Assembly (NCBI GenBank): GCA_963813335.1
Contig: CAWEYL010000001.1
Span: 608,001-672,000 of the forward strand
DNA length: 64,000 nt
From: an uncultured Chloroflexia bacterium
GTDB lineage: Bacteria; Chloroflexota; Limnocylindria; Limnocylindrales; CSP1-4
Reading direction: 5' to 3'
Below the pieces are notes generated by a model. The model saw only the letters and a list, made by a program, of their open reading frames with translations, was not told where the DNA came from and searched no databases. Below are positions 38,840 to 49,049 of this stretch, in pieces; position 1 is the stretch's first letter; each line of letters starts with the position of its first letter. The position numbers were made by a program, and so were the translations under genes.

Positions 38840-41800
38840 ATGTTCAACGCCGTCAGCTCGAAGCCGGATCTCGTCGCCCAGGAGCACGAGATGCTGGCCC
38901 TGTGGCGGGAGCGCCGCACCTTCGCGCGGCTCCGCGCCCAGAACGCCGACGGCCCGCACTGGAGCTTCCTCGACGGCCCCATCACGGCCAACAACCCGAT
39001 GGGCGTCCACCACGCCTGGGGCCGCGCGTACAAGGACCTCTACCAGCGCTTCCACGCGATGCTCGGCGAGCACCAGCGCTACCAGAACGGGTTCGACTGC
39101 CAGGGCCTCTGGGTGGAGGTCAACGTCGAGCGCGACCTCGGGTTCACCTCGAAGCGCGACATCGAGGCCTACGGCATCGACCGCTTCGTGACGCTGTGCA
39201 AGCAGCGGGTCCTGACCTACGCGGCCCGCCAGACCGAGCAGTCGGTCCGCCTCGGGATGTGGATGGACTGGAACGACCCCGACGAGCTGCGCCGGCTCCA
39301 CGACCTGCTCGGCGACGACCCGACCCGGGTCACGACCATCGAGGGCCCCGACGGCCCGGTCACCGACACCGTCGAGATGCTGGTCGGGCGGCTGGGCATG
39401 CCCGACACCGGGGGCTCGTACTTCACGTTCAGCAACGAGAACAACGACCTGATCTGGGGGTTCCTCGCCGAGTGCCACCGGCGCGGCTGGCTCTACAAGG
39501 GCCACGACACCATGCCGTGGTGCGGCCGCTGCGGGACCGGCCTCTCGCAGATGGAGCTCAACGAGGGCTACCAGGACCGCGAGGACCCGGGCCTCACGGT
39601 CCGTTTCCCGCTCACGGATCGGCCCGGCGAGGCGCTCCTCGTCTGGACGACCACCCCGTGGACGCTGACCTCGAACGTCGCGGCGGCCGTCGGCGCGGAC
39701 CTGCGCTACGTCCGCGTCCGCCAGGGCGACGACCGGTTCTGGCTCGCGAAGGGGACCCTCAAGACCGCGCTGCAGGGGCCGTTCGAGGTGGAGGACGAGG
39801 TCGCCGGCTCCGACCTCGTCGGCTGGCAGTACATCGGCCCGTTCGACGAGCTGCCGGCGGTCCGGGCCGCCTTCGCGGCGGGCACCCGCGACGACCCGTC
39901 GACGCCGTACAGGCACCGCGTCGTCGCCTGGGACGAGGTCGGCGAGGACGAGGGGACCGGGATCGTCCACGTCGCCCCGGGTTGCGGCGCCGAGGACTTC
40001 CAGCTGGGCAAGTCGCTCGGCCTGCCGGTCGTGGCGCCGATCGACGAGTCGGGGATCGTGGTCGAGGGGTTCGGGTCCCTGTCGGGCCGCGACGCCCGCG
40101 ACGTCGCGGAGCCGATCGTCGAGCATCTCAAGCGCGAGGGCCGCTTCTACCGGCTCGAGCCGTACCTCCACCGCTACCCGCACTGCTGGCGCTGCGGGAC
40201 GCCGCTGCTGTTCCGCCTCGTGGACGAGTGGTACATCAGCATGGGCCCGGTCTACGACCAGCCGCGCGAGACGCTGACCCCGGAGCAGGTCGACGCGAGC
40301 CTGCGCTACCAGATCATGGACGTGGTCGACACCATCGACTGGATCCCGGGCTTCGGGCTGGAGCGCGAGCTCGACTGGCTGCGCAACATGCACGACTGGA
40401 TGATCAGCAAGAAGCGCTACTGGGGGCTGGCGCTGCCGATCTACGACTGCCCGGCGTGCGGGACCATCGAGGTCATCGGCGGCCGCGACGAGCTGCACGA
40501 ACGGGCGGTCGGCGGCTGGGAGGCGTTCGAGGGGCACACCCCGCACCGCCCCTGGGTCGATGCGGTGACCATCGCCTGCCCGTCGTGCGGCGGTCCCGTC
40601 GAGCGGATCCGCGACGTCGGCAACCCCTGGCTGGACGCCGGGATCGTGCCGTTCTCGACGCTCCATTTCCGGGAGGACCAGGCGTACTGGGCGAAGTGGT
40701 TCCCGGCCGACTTCATCACCGAGAGCTTCCCCGGCCAGTTCCGCAACTGGTTCTACTCGATGCTCGCGATGTCGACGGTCCTCCGCCGCGAGCGGCCGTT
40801 CAAGACGATCTTCGGCTACGGCCTCGTCTTCGGCGAGGACGGCCGGCCGATGCACAAGTCGTGGGGCAACGCCATCGACTTCGACGAGGCCGCCGAGCGG
40901 ATGGGTGTCGACGTCATGCGCTGGATGTTCGCCAAGGCGCGTCCCGAGGAGAACATCCTCTTCGGCTGGCACGCCGCGGACGAAGCCCGGCGCGAGCTGC
41001 TGGTGCTGTGGAACGTGTACGCGTTCTTCGTGACCTATGCGCGGCTGGCGGGCTGGACCCCGGGCGACGGCGATGCGCGGCCGGTCGCCGAGCGCGGCGC
41101 GCTCGACCGCTGGATCCTGTCGCGCGCCGCCGGGACCGCGGCCGCCGTCGGGGAGCACCTGGCCGCGTTCGACGCGGTCGCGGCGACCCGCGAGCTCTCG
41201 GGCTTCATGGACGGCCTCTCGACCTGGTACCTGCGCCTGTCCCGCGAGCGGATGCGCCGCAACGACGACCGGCGCGACCGCGCCGCCGCGTTCGCCACGC
41301 TGCATGAGGCGCTGCTGGGCACCGTCGGCATGCTCGCGCCGATCCTGCCGTTCCTGTCCGACACGATCTACCGGAACCTCGTCGGCGACCTGGCGGAGCG
41401 ACCCGAGTCGGTGCACCTTGGCCCGTGGCCGGCGGACGGCCTGGCCGCCCACCGCGACGTGCGGCTCGAGCGCGCGATGGCGGTCGCCCAGGACGCGGTC
41501 GACCTGGCCCGCACGCTCCGGAGCTCGGCCCGCATCCGCACCCGCCAGCCGCTGGCGCACGCCTGGCTGGCGCTCCCCGATCGCGGTCTCGACGTCGGGC
41601 CGGAGCTCCTCGCGATGATCGCCGACGAGATCAACGTCAAGCAGGTCTCGGTCATCGCCGACGACTCCGATCTCGTGGAGCGACGGGTCAAGCCGCTGCT
41701 GCCCAAGATCGGCAAGCGGCTCGGCTCCGCGATCCCGGCCGTCATGGCGGCGGCCCGCGACGGCTCGGCCAGCTTCCACGCGGACGGATCGGTGACCCTC

Positions 41801-42184
41801 GCCGGCGTCACGCTCGCGCCTGACGAGGTCGAGATCCAGGCCTCGCCGCGGCCCGGCACGGCCGTGGCCGACCAGGACGGCCTGGTGATGGTCATCGATA
41901 CCGAGCTGACGCCCGGGCTGCGCGCCGAGGGCGACGCCCGCGAGCTCCAGCGCTCGATCCAGGACCTGCGCCGCGACGCCGGCCTCGAGCTCGACGACCG
42001 GATCGACCTGTGGATCGACGGGCTGGCGCCGGCCGTCGCCGCGCACCTTGACGCGGTGCTGCGCGAGACGCTGGCCGTCGCCGTCGACGGTCCGGTCCCG
42101 CCGGACGTCACGGCGCGGGCCACGGTCGACCTCGAGCGGGCGCCGGTGGCCCTCGCCTTGCGCCGTCGCGTCGGCGACGGGTAG
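38840..42184 (+). CDS. ileS: Isoleucine--tRNA ligase, type 2
   Basis: DGPITANNPMGVHH, GFDCQGL, WTTTPWTL, GTGIVH, YPHCWRC, DWMISKKRYWG, PMHKS; type-2 C-terminus. Confidence 0.95.
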   Translation: MFNAVSSKPDLVAQEHEMLALWRERRTFARLRAQNADGPHWSFLDGPITANNPMGVHHAWGRAYKDLYQRFHAMLGEHQRYQNGFDCQGLWVEVNVERDLGFTSKRDIEAYGIDRFVTLCKQRVLTYAARQTEQSVRLGMWMDWNDPDELRRLHDLLGDDPTRVTTIEGPDGPVTDTVEMLVGRLGMPDTGGSYFTFSNENNDLIWGFLAECHRRGWLYKGHDTMPWCGRCGTGLSQMELNEGYQDREDPGLTVRFPLTDRPGEALLVWTTTPWTLTSNVAAAVGADLRYVRVRQGDDRFWLAKGTLKTALQGPFEVEDEVAGSDLVGWQYIGPFDELPAVRAAFAAGTRDDPSTPYRHRVVAWDEVGEDEGTGIVHVAPGCGAEDFQLGKSLGLPVVAPIDESGIVVEGFGSLSGRDARDVAEPIVEHLKREGRFYRLEPYLHRYPHCWRCGTPLLFRLVDEWYISMGPVYDQPRETLTPEQVDASLRYQIMDVVDTIDWIPGFGLERELDWLRNMHDWMISKKRYWGLALPIYDCPACGTIEVIGGRDELHERAVGGWEAFEGHTPHRPWVDAVTIACPSCGGPVERIRDVGNPWLDAGIVPFSTLHFREDQAYWAKWFPADFITESFPGQFRNWFYSMLAMSTVLRRERPFKTIFGYGLVFGEDGRPMHKSWGNAIDFDEAAERMGVDVMRWMFAKARPEENILFGWHAADEARRELLVLWNVYAFFVTYARLAGWTPGDGDARPVAERGALDRWILSRAAGTAAAVGEHLAAFDAVAATRELSGFMDGLSTWYLRLSRERMRRNDDRRDRAAAFATLHEALLGTVGMLAPILPFLSDTIYRNLVGDLAERPESVHLGPWPADGLAAHRDVRLERAMAVAQDAVDLARTLRSSARIRTRQPLAHAWLALPDRGLDVGPELLAMIADEINVKQVSVIADDSDLVERRVKPLLPKIGKRLGSAIPAVMAAARDGSASFHADGSVTLAGVTLAPDEVEIQASPRPGTAVADQDGLVMVIDTELTPGLRAEGDARELQRSIQDLRRDAGLELDDRIDLWIDGLAPAVAAHLDAVLRETLAVAVDGPVPPDVTARATVDLERAPVALALRRRVGDG

Positions 42185-42188
42185 GCTC

Positions 42189-42806
42189 ATGACGGTCGAG
42201 GGTTCCGACCAGGGAGGCGATCTGCTGGAGCACGGGGAGGCGACGGGCACCACAGCCGCGCCGAGCGCGGCCGCCCCCGAGCGGACGGCCGCGCCCCGCG
42301 GGACTCCCCGCTGGCCGGTGTTCATCGGGCTCGCGGTCGGGATCGTCGTCCTCGACCAGCTGAGCAAGGTGTGGCTGGTGTGGAGGTTCTCGTCCCTGGA
42401 TCCGGGCGAGGCCATCCAGGTCATCGGCGACTACCTGCGCCTGGTCTTCAGCCACAACTCCGGGGCGCTCTTCGGGATGTTCCGCGATCAGGCCCTGCTG
42501 TTCGGGCTGGTCTCGCTCGGGGTCGTGTCGCTGATCGTCTGGTACCACGCGCAGTCGGGCCGCAGCCTCTACATGTCCATCGCGCTCGGCCTGCTGCTCG
42601 GTGGCGCGATCGGCAACCTGCTCGACCGGTTCCGGCTCGGCTACGTCGTCGACTGGATCGACATGGGCATCGGCGACATCCGCTTCTGGACGTTCAACGT
42701 CGCCGACGCGGCGATCAGCACGGCGATCCTGCTGCTGATCGCGATGGCGGTCTTCCCGGCGGTGCTCCGGCTCGGCGGCGACGGGTCCGAGACGGCCGAT
42801 GCCTGA
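42189..42806 (+). CDS. lspA: Lipoprotein signal peptidase II
   Basis: LDQLSK, NSGALFG, GGAIGNLLDR, VVDWI, FNVADAAI. Confidence 0.94.
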   Translation: MTVEGSDQGGDLLEHGEATGTTAAPSAAAPERTAAPRGTPRWPVFIGLAVGIVVLDQLSKVWLVWRFSSLDPGEAIQVIGDYLRLVFSHNSGALFGMFRDQALLFGLVSLGVVSLIVWYHAQSGRSLYMSIALGLLLGGAIGNLLDRFRLGYVVDWIDMGIGDIRFWTFNVADAAISTAILLLIAMAVFPAVLRLGGDGSETADA

Positions 42807-43758
42807 CGGCGCCGTGGCGGCCGGGCCCCGGACGCTCCGCGTGCCTGACGGCAAGGCGTCCCGCGTGGACCGCGTGGTCGCCGACGCGACCGGCCTGTCG
42901 CGGAGCTACGTCCAGAAGCTGATCTCCGACGGCCGGCTGACCGCCGACGGGCTGGCCCTCAAGTCGAACGCGATCGTCCAGCCGGGGGCCGAGCTGCGAC
43001 TCGACGTCCCGCCGGTCAGCGTGCCGGAGATCGCCCCGGCGCCCGAGATCCCGGTCCACGTCGTCTACGAGGACGACGAGCTGCTGATCGTCGACAAGCC
43101 CTCCGGACTGGTGGTGCATCCTTCGCCGGGACACGCCGCGGACACGCTGGTCAACGCCCTCCTGGCCCGCGCCGATGGCTCGGAGTACGGCGGGATCGCC
43201 GGCGTCGCCCGGCCGGGGATCGTCCACCGCCTGGACCGTGACACGAGCGGGCTGCTGATGGTGGCCAAGGGCGATACCGCGCAGGCGTCCCTGATGGCCC
43301 AGCTCAAGGCGCGACGCATCAAGAAGACGTATCTCGCGCTGGTCCGCGGCTCGGTCTCGGCGGCGGCCGGCCGCATCGAGGCGCCGATCGGCCGCGACCC
43401 GAAGCACCGGACCCGGATGGCCGTCGTGACCGACGGACGGCCCTCGGTCACCGGCTACCGTGTCCGCGAGCGCTTCGAGGGCTGGACGCTCCTCGAGCTG
43501 GACCTGGTCACGGGCCGGACCCACCAGATCCGCGTCCACCTCGAGGCGATCGGCCATCCGGTGGCCGGCGATCCGGTCTACGGCGGGGCGATCTCGCGGC
43601 GCGGCCCGGACGGCCTCGGACGGCTGTTCCTGCACGCCTGGCGGCTCGAGCTGGCCGCGCCGTCTGACGGGCATCTCATCCGCGCGACCGCGCCGCTCCC
43701 GCCCGAACTCGAGGGCGTCCTCGAGGGGCTTCGCGCCCAGACGGGGCCGGGCCGTTGA
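42799..43758 (+). CDS. rluD: RluA/RluD family pseudouridine synthase with S4 domain
   Basis: KPSGLVVHP, GIVHRLDRDTSG, TGRTHQIRVH, LHA. Confidence 0.9.
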   Translation: MPDGAVAAGPRTLRVPDGKASRVDRVVADATGLSRSYVQKLISDGRLTADGLALKSNAIVQPGAELRLDVPPVSVPEIAPAPEIPVHVVYEDDELLIVDKPSGLVVHPSPGHAADTLVNALLARADGSEYGGIAGVARPGIVHRLDRDTSGLLMVAKGDTAQASLMAQLKARRIKKTYLALVRGSVSAAAGRIEAPIGRDPKHRTRMAVVTDGRPSVTGYRVRERFEGWTLLELDLVTGRTHQIRVHLEAIGHPVAGDPVYGGAISRRGPDGLGRLFLHAWRLELAAPSDGHLIRATAPLPPELEGVLEGLRAQTGPGR

Positions 43759-44411
43759 CGGTCGATCCGACGTCCTCGACCGGGCCAGCGCCGACCGATG
43801 TCGTCGCCGGTGCGCCCGGCGCCCAGCTGGTGATCATCTCGGGGCCGAGCGGGGTGGGGAAGGACACGATCATCGAGGCGCTCCGCGAGCGGCCGCGGGA
43901 CCCGGACTACCACTACGTCGTCACCTGCACCACCCGCGCCCCGCGGCCCGGCGAGATCGACGGCGTCAGCTACCACTTCATGGACCGCGAGCGGTTCCTG
44001 GCCCTGCGCACCGCGGGCGGGCTGCTCGAGGCGAACGAGGTCCACGGCAACTGGTACGGCACGCCGCGTCAGGAGGTCCGCGACGCGCTCGCCGGCGGCC
44101 ACGACGTGATCCTCAAGATCGACGTCCAGGGCGCCCAGCAGGTCAAGGAGCGGGTCGATGAGGCGCTGCTCGTCTTCATCGTCCCGCCGTCGATGGAGAC
44201 GCTGTTCGGTCGGCTGCGCGCCCGCGCCACCGAGAGCGCCGATGAGCTCGAGCTGCGCCAGCGGAACGCCGCCATCGAGCTCGCCCGACAGGAGGACTAC
44301 GACCACGTCGTCGTCAACGAGGACGGCCAGGTCGAGCGGACCGCCCAGCGGATCGACGAGATCATCGCGGAGACGCACGCGCTCCATCCGGCGCGACGGG
44401 TCCGCGTCTAG
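43755..44411 (+). CDS. gmk: Guanylate kinase
   Basis: SGPSGVGKDT, TTRAPRPGEIDGVSYHF, YGTP, IDVQGA. Confidence 0.96.
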   Translation: MTVDPTSSTGPAPTDVVAGAPGAQLVIISGPSGVGKDTIIEALRERPRDPDYHYVVTCTTRAPRPGEIDGVSYHFMDRERFLALRTAGGLLEANEVHGNWYGTPRQEVRDALAGGHDVILKIDVQGAQQVKERVDEALLVFIVPPSMETLFGRLRARATESADELELRQRNAAIELARQEDYDHVVVNEDGQVERTAQRIDEIIAETHALHPARRVRV

Positions 44412-44420
44412 GCGCGGGGC

Positions 44421-46922
44421 GTGACCCTCGGTCTCGCGGCCGACCTCCCGGCCCGGGCCTCCGGGCCGCGGCTGGTGGAGGTGGCCGTGGACGCGGCCGG
44501 GGCGGGCGGTGACCGGACCTACACCTACCTCGTGCCGCCGGACCTCGCCGACCTCGAGGCGGGTGAGGCCGTGCTGGTCGAGTTCGGCCGGCGCCAGGCC
44601 CTGGGCGTCGTCCTCGGCGAGGCGGCGCCCGCTCCCGGGGTGACGCCCAAGCCCGTCGTGGATCGCGTCCGGGCGGACGGCCCGCTCCTGCCGCCGCTCG
44701 GCCTGGCCCTCGCCCGCTGGATCGCCGTGCACTACCTCGCCCCGCCGGCGCTCGTCCTGCGGGCGATGCTCCCGCCCGGGATGCTCGAGCGGCTGGAGCT
44801 GGTCGCGGAGCTGGCGCCCGGGTCCACGGACGGCGACCCCGCGCGCTCGGCCGCGTCGCTCACGCCCGTGGACCTGGACCTCCTCGACCAGCTCGCGGGT
44901 GGGCCCCGTCCGGCCCGGACGCTGGCCGCGCCCGAGGGCCGGGCCGGGCTCACGCGCCGGTTGCGGGCGCTGGCCGCCGTCGGCCTGGTCTCGCTCGAGT
45001 GGACCCTGCTGGGCGCATCCGCCGGACCGCGCTACGAGCGTTGGATCCGCGTCACTGCTGCGGGCCGCGCGGCGGCGGCCGCCCTGGCCGCGGGGGATCG
45101 GCTCGCCGGCCGGCCGCTCGGCCCGAGGCAGGTCGCGGCGCTGACCGAGATGACCGCCGTGGACGCGGACGCGGCCGGCGCCCCCGGCGCCGAGGTCGCC
45201 GGGCGGCACGGGTCGTCCGCGGTCGCGGGGCTCGTCCGCCGGGGCCTGCTGGACGTGGAGATCCGCGAACGGCCGCGCCGCCCCCTGGCCGGTCGGCCGG
45301 TCGGGCTGCGCGGGGGCCGGCCGCCGGCCGCGGACCTGCTCCCGGCCCAGGCCGCGGCGGTGACCTTGATCCGCGACGCCCTGGCCGCCTCCGACCCCAC
45401 GCCGCTCCTCCTCGACGGCGTGACCGGCGGCGGCAAGACGGCGGTCTACACCGAGGCGATCGCGACGGCGCTGGAGGCCGGCCGGCGCGCATTGGTCCTG
45501 GTGCCGGAGATCGCGCTGGCGCTCCCGCTCATCGACCGGCTTCGCGCCGACCTCGACGCCCGGGTGGCGGTCGTCCACTCCGGGCTGGGCGACGGCGAGC
45601 GCGCCGACGAATGGCGGCGGATCCGAGCCGGCGACGTCGACATCGTGGTCGGGACCCGGCTGGCGGTGCTGTCGCCGCTGCCCGACGTCGGCATCGTCAT
45701 CGTCGACGAGGAACACGACGCGGCGTACAAGAGCGACCGGACGCCGCGTCTGCAGGCCCGCGACGTCGCCATCGAGCTCGGCCGGCTCGCGGGCGCGGCG
45801 GTCGTCCTCGGCTCGGCGACGCCTGCCGTCGACAGCGTGGGGCACGCCCGGGCCGGCCGGTACCGGCACGCGGTCCTCGTCGACCGCGCGGCCGGGCGCC
45901 TGCCGAACGTCACGGTCGTCGACCTGCGGGCCGAGCTGGCCGCCGGGGAGCGCGGCCTGCTGTCGCGCCCCCTCGCCGGTGCGATCGCCGGGCTGGACAC
46001 CGGCGCCGGCGAGCAGGCGATCCTCGCGCTCAACCGGCGGGGGAGCGCTTCGGTGGTCCTGTGCCGCGACTGCGGCTATGTCCAGGCGTGCCCGGACTGC
46101 GAGCGACCGCTCGTCTACCACCAGGCGGGGATGACGTTGCGCTGCCACCACTGCGGCCGCGCGACGCCGCTGGCCACTCGCTGCCCGAACTGCGAGTCGC
46201 CGCGCATCCGCTACCTGGGCGGCGGGACCGAGCGGCTCGAGCGCGAGGTCCGCGAGCGGTTCCCGGGGCTCCGCGTCGGCCGCCTCGACCGCGACGTCGT
46301 CGAGCGGCGCGGCGCGGCCGAACGGGTCGTGGACGCCTTCTCTGAAGGCCGCCTGGACGTGCTCGTCGGGACCAGCCTCGTGACCAAGGGCCTCGATATC
46401 CCGTCGGTGACACTGGTCGGTGTGGTCTCGTCGGACGTGGCGCTGAACCTGCCCGACGAGCGCGCCGCCGAGCGGACGTTCCAGTTCCTCAGCCAGGCCG
46501 TGGGACGGGCCGGCCGCGGCGACCGACCGGGTCAGGCCATCCTCCAGACCTACCAGCCCGACCACCCGGCGATCGTCGCGGTGGCGACCGGCGATGCGGC
46601 CGCGTTCCTCGACGCCGAGCTGGAGCTGCGACGGCGCTTCGGGTCGCCGCCGTTCGGTCGCCTCGTCAAGCTCACCATCGGGCTGACCGACCGGCTGGCG
46701 GCGGAACGCGAGGGGGCCGCGCTGGCGGAGCGCCTGCGCGCCCGTGCGGCGGAGCGGGGGAGCGATACCGCGATCGCCGGGCCGGCGCCCGCCTACATCG
46801 CCCGTCGGGCCGATCGCTGGCGGTTCAACGTCGTCCTGCGGGGGACGGATCCGGTCGTCCTCCTCGACGGTAGCGTGGACGCGCCGTGGTCGGTCGACGT
46901 CGACCCCGAATCGCTCCTCTGA
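44421..46922 (+). CDS. priA: Primosomal protein N'
   Basis: GVTGGGKT, LVPEIAL, DEEHD, four CxxC motifs, KGLD, GRAGR, VDVDP. Confidence 0.95.
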   Translation: MTLGLAADLPARASGPRLVEVAVDAAGAGGDRTYTYLVPPDLADLEAGEAVLVEFGRRQALGVVLGEAAPAPGVTPKPVVDRVRADGPLLPPLGLALARWIAVHYLAPPALVLRAMLPPGMLERLELVAELAPGSTDGDPARSAASLTPVDLDLLDQLAGGPRPARTLAAPEGRAGLTRRLRALAAVGLVSLEWTLLGASAGPRYERWIRVTAAGRAAAAALAAGDRLAGRPLGPRQVAALTEMTAVDADAAGAPGAEVAGRHGSSAVAGLVRRGLLDVEIRERPRRPLAGRPVGLRGGRPPAADLLPAQAAAVTLIRDALAASDPTPLLLDGVTGGGKTAVYTEAIATALEAGRRALVLVPEIALALPLIDRLRADLDARVAVVHSGLGDGERADEWRRIRAGDVDIVVGTRLAVLSPLPDVGIVIVDEEHDAAYKSDRTPRLQARDVAIELGRLAGAAVVLGSATPAVDSVGHARAGRYRHAVLVDRAAGRLPNVTVVDLRAELAAGERGLLSRPLAGAIAGLDTGAGEQAILALNRRGSASVVLCRDCGYVQACPDCERPLVYHQAGMTLRCHHCGRATPLATRCPNCESPRIRYLGGGTERLEREVRERFPGLRVGRLDRDVVERRGAAERVVDAFSEGRLDVLVGTSLVTKGLDIPSVTLVGVVSSDVALNLPDERAAERTFQFLSQAVGRAGRGDRPGQAILQTYQPDHPAIVAVATGDAAAFLDAELELRRRFGSPPFGRLVKLTIGLTDRLAAEREGAALAERLRARAAERGSDTAIAGPAPAYIARRADRWRFNVVLRGTDPVVLLDGSVDAPWSVDVDPESLL

Positions 46923-47005
46923 GGGACCCCGTCCCGTGACGTTCGGCAGGGATGACCGCCGGCGCGGTTCGTGCGACCATGGCGCCCCAACAGGAGGACC
47001 CCACG

Positions 47006-47518
47006 ATGACGGATCCCGCAGCCACGCCGCCGCCCGGCGACGAGCACGCCGACCACGCGTCCACCGGACCCGCTGACGCCGCCGATCGGGCGAAGGCGGC
47101 CGGCGAGGCCTTCTCCGAGACCGCCGGCGGGATCGTCGAGTCGATCCGCCATGCCTTCGACGACCTGGCCGAGAAGGCGACACCGGCCGTCCGCGAGGCC
47201 TCGGCCCGGGCCGCGGAGCTGACCTCGGTCGCCGCGACCAAGGCCGTGCCGCTGGCCCGCAAGGCCGGCGAGGCCACCGCCGGCGGGGCCGGCAAGCTCG
47301 CCGAGAAGTCCAAGGCCTGGGCCAACGACCTGCGCGCCTCGGCCAACGGCGGCGGCCAGGCCGCGTCCGATGTCTCGGAGGCGGCCGGTGCGGCCGGCGA
47401 TGCCGCGTCCGACGCGGCGAAGGCTGCGGGCGATGCCGCCACTGCCGCGGCGGACACGGTCTCGGAGGCGGCCGATACGGTCGCCGACGCGGTCGACGAC
47501 GCGACGCCGCCCGTCTGA
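47006..47518 (+). CDS. Hypothetical Ala-rich amphipathic repeat protein
   Basis: RBS AGGAGG, ATG 47006; repeats AAGDAA / DTVSEAA. Confidence 0.75.
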   Translation: MTDPAATPPPGDEHADHASTGPADAADRAKAAGEAFSETAGGIVESIRHAFDDLAEKATPAVREASARAAELTSVAATKAVPLARKAGEATAGGAGKLAEKSKAWANDLRASANGGGQAASDVSEAAGAAGDAASDAAKAAGDAATAAADTVSEAADTVADAVDDATPPV

Positions 47519-47563
47519 CGCCCGCTCCCGGCCGGGCCGGGTGCTTCGATATACTTCGCGGCC

Positions 47564-48079
47564 ATGAGCGTCCGACCCATCGTCCTCCTCGGCGACCCGC
47601 GGCTGCGCCTGAAGGGCCTGCCCGTCGACAGCTTCGGCAAATACCTGCATGAGCTGCTCGACGACCTCGCCCACACCATGCGCGACGCGCCAGGGGTCGG
47701 CCTCGCCGCGCCGCAGCTCGGCGAGGCGCTGCAGGCCTGCGTGATCGAGGTGGAGAACCATCTCTACGAGCTGGTCAACCCGCGCATCGTCCGCTCGAGC
47801 GGCGACGACCGCGACCTCGAGGGCTGCCTGTCGATCCCGGGCTACGTCGCCTACGTCACCCGTCGTGAGAAGGTCTGGGTGGTCGCCCAGGACCGCCAGG
47901 GGCGCAAGATCAAGGTCGCCGGCTCCGGGCTGCTCGGCCGGGCCCTCCAGCACGAGCTCGACCACCTCGACGGTCGCCTCTACATCGACTATCTGGACTC
48001 GATGGACGAGCTGATGGCGGTCGGGGTCGGCGACGAGGACGACGCCGAGGTCCGCGAGGCGACGAGCGCCCTGGCGTGA
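47564..48079 (+). CDS. def: Peptide deformylase
   Basis: GVGLAAPQ, EGCLS, QHELDHLDG. Confidence 0.97.
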   Translation: MSVRPIVLLGDPRLRLKGLPVDSFGKYLHELLDDLAHTMRDAPGVGLAAPQLGEALQACVIEVENHLYELVNPRIVRSSGDDRDLEGCLSIPGYVAYVTRREKVWVVAQDRQGRKIKVAGSGLLGRALQHELDHLDGRLYIDYLDSMDELMAVGVGDEDDAEVREATSALA

Positions 48080-49026
48080 CCCGGACCGGGTCGAGCCCGA
48101 GTCCAGCGCGGACCGTCTTCTTCGGCAGCGGCTCCTTCGCCGTACCGATCCTCGAGACCCTGGCGGCGATGCCGACGCTGGTCATCGTCGGCGTGGTGAC
48201 CGCGCCCGACCGGCCGAGCGGGCGATCCGGCACGCTCACCCCGACCCCCGTGGCGGTCCGGGCCGCGGCGCTTGGCCTGCCGGTCCTGCGCCCCGAGCGC
48301 GTCCGGACGCCTGACACGGTGGCCGCGATCGCTGCCCTGACGCCCGATCTCGGGGTCCTCGCCGACTACGGCCGGATCGTCCCCGCGTCCATCCTCGAGC
48401 TGCCGGCCCACGGCATCCTGAACGTCCACCCGTCGCTGCTGCCGCGCCATCGTGGCGCGACGCCGATCCCGGCGACGATCGCGAGCGGCGACGCGTCGGC
48501 CGGCGTCTCGATCATCCGCATGGACGACGGCATCGATACCGGCCCGATCGTGGCGCAGGCGGCGTGGCCCCTCGAGGGCACCGAGCGTGCCCCGGACCTC
48601 GAGGCGACGGCCGCCCGCCGCGGGGCGGACCTCCTCCATCGGACGATCCTGGGCTGGCTCGCGGGCGAGCAGCCGGCGGTCGCCCAGGACGACGCGGCCG
48701 CGAGTTCGACACGGCCGTTCCGCCGCGAGGACGCCCGGCTCGATCCCGCCCGGCCCGCGTTCGAACTCGAGCGCCAGGTCCGGGCCAACGCGCCGTGGCC
48801 AGGCACCTTCCTCGAAACGACCGAAGGGCGGCTCGGGGTCCTGTCCGCGTCGGTCGCGCCGGCGGGCGGGCTGGCGCCCGGGACCCTGACGGCCGACGGC
48901 CTCGAGACCGTCGATGGCCTGCTCCGGCTCGACCAGGTCCAGCCGGCCGGTGGCCGGCCCATGGCATGGTCGGCATACCTGCGCGGTCGCCCGGGCATCG
49001 TCGGCAGCGCGGTGACCGGTCGCTGA
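48076..49026 (+). CDS. fmt: Methionyl-tRNA formyltransferase
   Basis: VVTAPDRPSGR, NVHPSLLPRHRGATP, MDDGIDTGP. Confidence 0.95.
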   Translation: MTRTGSSPSPARTVFFGSGSFAVPILETLAAMPTLVIVGVVTAPDRPSGRSGTLTPTPVAVRAAALGLPVLRPERVRTPDTVAAIAALTPDLGVLADYGRIVPASILELPAHGILNVHPSLLPRHRGATPIPATIASGDASAGVSIIRMDDGIDTGPIVAQAAWPLEGTERAPDLEATAARRGADLLHRTILGWLAGEQPAVAQDDAAASSTRPFRREDARLDPARPAFELERQVRANAPWPGTFLETTEGRLGVLSASVAPAGGLAPGTLTADGLETVDGLLRLDQVQPAGGRPMAWSAYLRGRPGIVGSAVTGR

Positions 49027-49049
49027 CCGGGCTGCGCTAGCATCGACCC

